Origin: the human T2T-CHM13v2.0 reference genome, Homo sapiens
Reading direction: 5' to 3' (one strand)
DNA length: 64,000 nt
NCBI RefSeq assembly: GCF_009914755.1
Contig: NC_060928.1
The translations under genes were made by a program, and so were the position numbers. Below the pieces are notes generated by a model. It saw nothing but the letters and a program-made list of their open reading frames with translations, was not told where the DNA came from and made no database searches. Numbering within the stretch: the stretch's first letter is position 1; every line of letters begins with the position of its first letter. Shown piece by piece: positions 60,474 through 64,000 of this stretch.

Positions 60474-61345
60474 TCATCAATTATTTACCTACTTGGCTTA
60501 TGCAGTGTTTGATGTTAGGAGTACACTAGTGAATAAAATGTGACCTCTGTCCCCAGGGAGCTGACAGTTCTAGGGAGGGTACAATGTAAAGAGAGAAGAA
60601 CAATGATGGGATTACACACAGAGTATTATGAGAACACAGCAAGAATAAAAGAAAAAATCCAAACTTTAATGTGGAAAGATTGGTGCATGAGGAGTGGAAG
60701 GATTCTCACAGCAGATTCCTGGAGGGATTTATGGCAGAGTCTTAGAGGCTGAGGAGTAGTAACTGGTAGAGGGTGAGAATAGCCTAGAGGCAGGCCATTC
60801 CAGACAGAAGGAACAGCACAGTGCTGGAATATTCCAGGCAGCTCTCTGTTAGTCTTGAATAATAAAGTGAGAATCAGAAAGCAGTGGATTTTTTTCCCCA
60901 TAGGGCAGAGTAAACTTTTTCTGTAAAGAGCCACATTGTAAACACTTTAGGCTTAAGGAACCTTTGAGTCTGAATTCAACTCTGCCTTTATAGTGCAAAG
61001 CAACCATGTCCAATATAAAAGTGAATGATCATGGCTCAATAAAACTTTATTCATAGACATTGAAATTGGAATTATATATTATTTGCACAAGTCATGGAAT
61101 AGAATACTTGTTTTTTTTTCTAACCACTTAAAAACGTAAAAACCATTTGTAATTTGCTATCCATACAAAATAGTGTTTGACCAAATTTGGCTCATTGGCT
61201 ATAGTTTTGCCTTTTCCTGCTATAGAGCAACCATGGGGCCATTAAAGGATTTTAAACAAGAAGTTGGCATGATCAAGCCTGTGTTGTAGGAAGTTCATTC
61301 TGGCAGCACTGAGGGAGATAGATTTGAAAGGGCAGGACAAGAGGA
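60474..61345 (-). mobile_element. L2 fragment interrupted by a MER58-type element
   Basis: L2 motifs gtccccagggagctgacagttctag and attccagacagaaggaacagca; resumes at ggggccattaaaggattttaaac after the insertion. Confidence 0.65.
60901..61219. mobile_element. MER58-type hAT-Charlie DNA transposon
   Basis: aaactttttctgtaaagagcca...caataaaactttatt...atagttttgcc...cctg; ~320 bp. Confidence 0.75.
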
Positions 61346-62971
61346 AGGCAGAACACACAGGCTGTCCAATCTTTCCACCTGGAAAGGCAGGCATAAGAAC
61401 ACTCTGTAGTAAATCAGTCAACACCAGAATATTCCAAAAGCATTCCTTCCCTCCCCATTACTGCCCACCATTCTCTGACACTGTGATTCTTCCTCTTATC
61501 TCATCATCCTCCCCATCTCAAACACACACTATCGCTGCCAGCTGCCACCTCTTTAAAATTCTTTCAACAGAGTAGAGAATAGACAGCGGTGCTGGGTGAC
61601 CTCCAGCAGCATGCTTCCTTAGTTTCTGGGAAGACAGTGATGGCTTAGTGAGCACTGGGATGACCCGACCTTCCTCCAGGCCATCAATGAGTGCCAGAGA
61701 TGTAGTTACAGTCTTTGGAACATTTATTTTCCAGTTGACAGAATAAGTATTTTTTTAAATTTTCATTTGGAAGATCAAGTCATGTAGTCTCAAAAAAAAG
61801 GGAATGATTAGTTCCTTTTGCTGCAGGATAATCCAAGACTTTGCTAAATATCTTGAATCCTGATTCAAAAATATTTAAAATTAAATATGCCACAAAAATG
61901 CTTAGATATCAAAATTATTTTTTAAAGATTAGAACTAAAACAAGAATATCGTTGGTAAGTCCTCAAAACTCACAGACTACGAAAACAACAGACCATGTAA
62001 TGAAATTCAGGAGGAATTTTAAAAGGCAGAATGAGAACAGATTCTCTTTCCTTTCAATGTTGAGTTCTTTCTTCAAAGAATTAATTGCAGAGCTTTTTTC
62101 ACTCACATCTGCTAGATTTAAGATGGCAATATTATCCTACCTTTGGCACAATGCCATTTTCAAACATTACTGTTGCTGTACTATAGAGTCCATCTTAAGC
62201 TTTTAAGGTACTTATGTATAGACCTGAACCAATCTTGTTCCAGACGTGGCCTGTGTTAACATCCCTCCTCCTTTCCTGTTGTACAGACAGAGGTGAGGTC
62301 ACTGTCAATTGAGGGGATAATTTTAGGTGGCACTATATTATTATCATCGTTCTGAAATTCTCCCAAAATGGAGAAACATAAAATGAAGGAGAACATAGTA
62401 ATGCAAGATGTATAATAACGTGTGCTTCTAAAAGAGTAAAACAGAAAAAGCCAGAGTTGACTACAATAGTAACTCATTCTAACAAAAGCAGCTCTGTAAT
62501 CTGAGAATTGCCCATCTGTTATACCCACACAAATAGTAAAAGCCCAAGAATGATATAAAAATCTTTCAATTAATTATGTGTGAAAATCTATGACAAAAAA
62601 ATTTACAAGAATTTAATCATTATGGATTTCCAAAAACAAACAGAAATAATTGGAAAATGTGTCAGAAAACCCAGGCAATTCTTCCACATGTTCTTATGAT
62701 CTACTCTAATTTCATCACATATGTCATTCCAAATGAAGCTTCCTAAATATGGCAAGGTGAAGATTTACACTGGAGACTTAGCTGTTGTTATATATTTTCA
62801 TATAATTAACAAAAATCATATTCAAATAATCGAAGGAAAAGCTTAAGTAGAGATTTATTTGGCATAATTTACCTGAATTATTATTCTCTTTTACTGCATT
62901 CATCCAATCAATCATCAGGAATGCATTAAGTATTTTCTAGGTGTTAAGCACTTTCCTAGGTAGAAAGAGTG

Positions 62972-63045
62972 AAGATGATTATGATGATGATAATGATGAT
63001 GATGAGATGATGATAACAATGATAGTGATGAGGACAGTGATGATA
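62972..63045. repeat. Degenerate (GAT)n microsatellite
   Basis: gatgattatgatgatgataatgatgatgatgag... Confidence 0.8.
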
Positions 63046-63049
63046 GATA

Positions 63050-63260
63050 CCTTTATAGACACCCACAATTTAACAAACCCTATACTAAATAATTTAGCTC
63101 TGTTGTCTCATTTAGTCTCCTTAGCTTTTTGAGGCTGGTACTGCTATCCCCATTTTACAGATGAAGCAGCTGGGGCACAGAATGCATAAATAAGTGACAG
63201 GGTCATACCACTAGAAATTAGTACATATGGGATTTGAATTTGAACCTTTCTCCATAGTCC
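63050..63260 (-). mobile_element. MIR
   Basis: tatccccattttacagatgaagcagctggggcacaga...gggatttgaa. Confidence 0.7.
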
Positions 63261-63564
63261 ATATATGCTTGTCTATATATACATGATAGAAAGACATAGA
63301 TGACATCTCTTCCCATGTATGGGAAACTAGACAGATACATCTATAGCAAAAGAAAAATTCTAAGGCACGTAAGAGATCATCATGCTGAAAGGAATCACAG
63401 ACATTATCTAGTCAAAACTCATTTTACAGAAAGGAAATGGAGATCTAGCTAGAACCACATACCCAAGGTCTCCCAGTGGAGTGCAGAAATACTTTTCTCT
63501 ACTCCTTGTACTACTACTCAACTCCAGGCCCTCATCATCTGTCACTTGAGCTATTACAATGGCA

Positions 63565-64000
63565 TCTGGACCCCTGTCTCTCATTATATACAAAAAATAA
63601 CTCAAGATGGATTAAAGACTTGAATGTAAGACCTGAAACTTCAAAATACCAGAAGAAAATACAGGAAAAACTCTTCTGCACATTGGCCCAGGTAAATAAT
63701 TCATGACTAAGACCTCAAAAGCAAATGCAACAAAACAAAAAATAGACAAATGAGACCTATTAAACTAAAACACTTCTGCACAGCAAAAGAAATAATCAAC
63801 AGAGTTAACAGACAACGTGTAGAATGGGAGCAAATATTTGTAAACTATGCATCTGACAAAGGAAGGACTAATATCCGGAATCTACAAGGAACTCAAACAA
63901 CAACAAAACAAATAACCTCATCGAAAAGTGGAGAAAGGACATCTCAACAGACATTTTTCAAAAGAAGACATACAAATGTCCATGAAGCATATCAAAAAAT
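63565..64000 (+). mobile_element. Older L1 (L1PB/L1MA) ORF2 fragment running off the window end
   Basis: Degenerate LDPCLSLYTKNNSRWIKDLNVRPET and acagacatttttcaaaagaagacataca. Confidence 0.85.

Noticed and set aside
61181-61190. Perfect CArG box ccaaatttgg
   Set aside because: A single 10-mer inside a MER58 remnant 20 kb past the gene; expected by chance.
62941-63132. Acidic ORF with a DDDNDDD run
   Set aside because: Translation of a (GAT)n microsatellite.

Overview
Human (primate) genomic DNA, AT-rich and repeat-dense, containing the 3' part of SYNPO2 (synaptopodin-2/myopodin) on the + strand. Coding exons are at 2747-2898 (PDZ domain), 5944-6755 and 9164-11346. Four C-termini can be read from the phase-0 donor at 11346: read-through VWKPSVVEE (to 11376), an exon at 16438-16515, the terminal exon 36729-37262, and an internal acceptor at 36997 that reads that exon in a second frame. 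Exon 1 lies upstream of the window. Downstream of the gene are two full-length L1PA3/4-age LINE-1 elements (41225-47390 minus, 52971-59154 plus), head-to-head around a 5.6-kb spacer. They look like independent insertions (different flanks, divergent first ~380 nt) yet share a frameshift, two nonsense codons and many private substitutions. This points to arm-to-arm gene conversion in an ~18-kb inverted repeat and is the strongest lead here. The spacer holds a TSD-flanked, UTR-only processed retrocopy that I recognise as LAPTM4B. Other notable items are a young AluYa5-like insertion, an antisense ERV1 solo LTR, and a perfectly balanced (TG)9/(CA)9 hairpin in the 3' UTR. I found no CRISPR array, RNA gene or novel protein-coding system. 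Gene, isoform and repeat-family names come from recall and by-eye comparison, not database searches.
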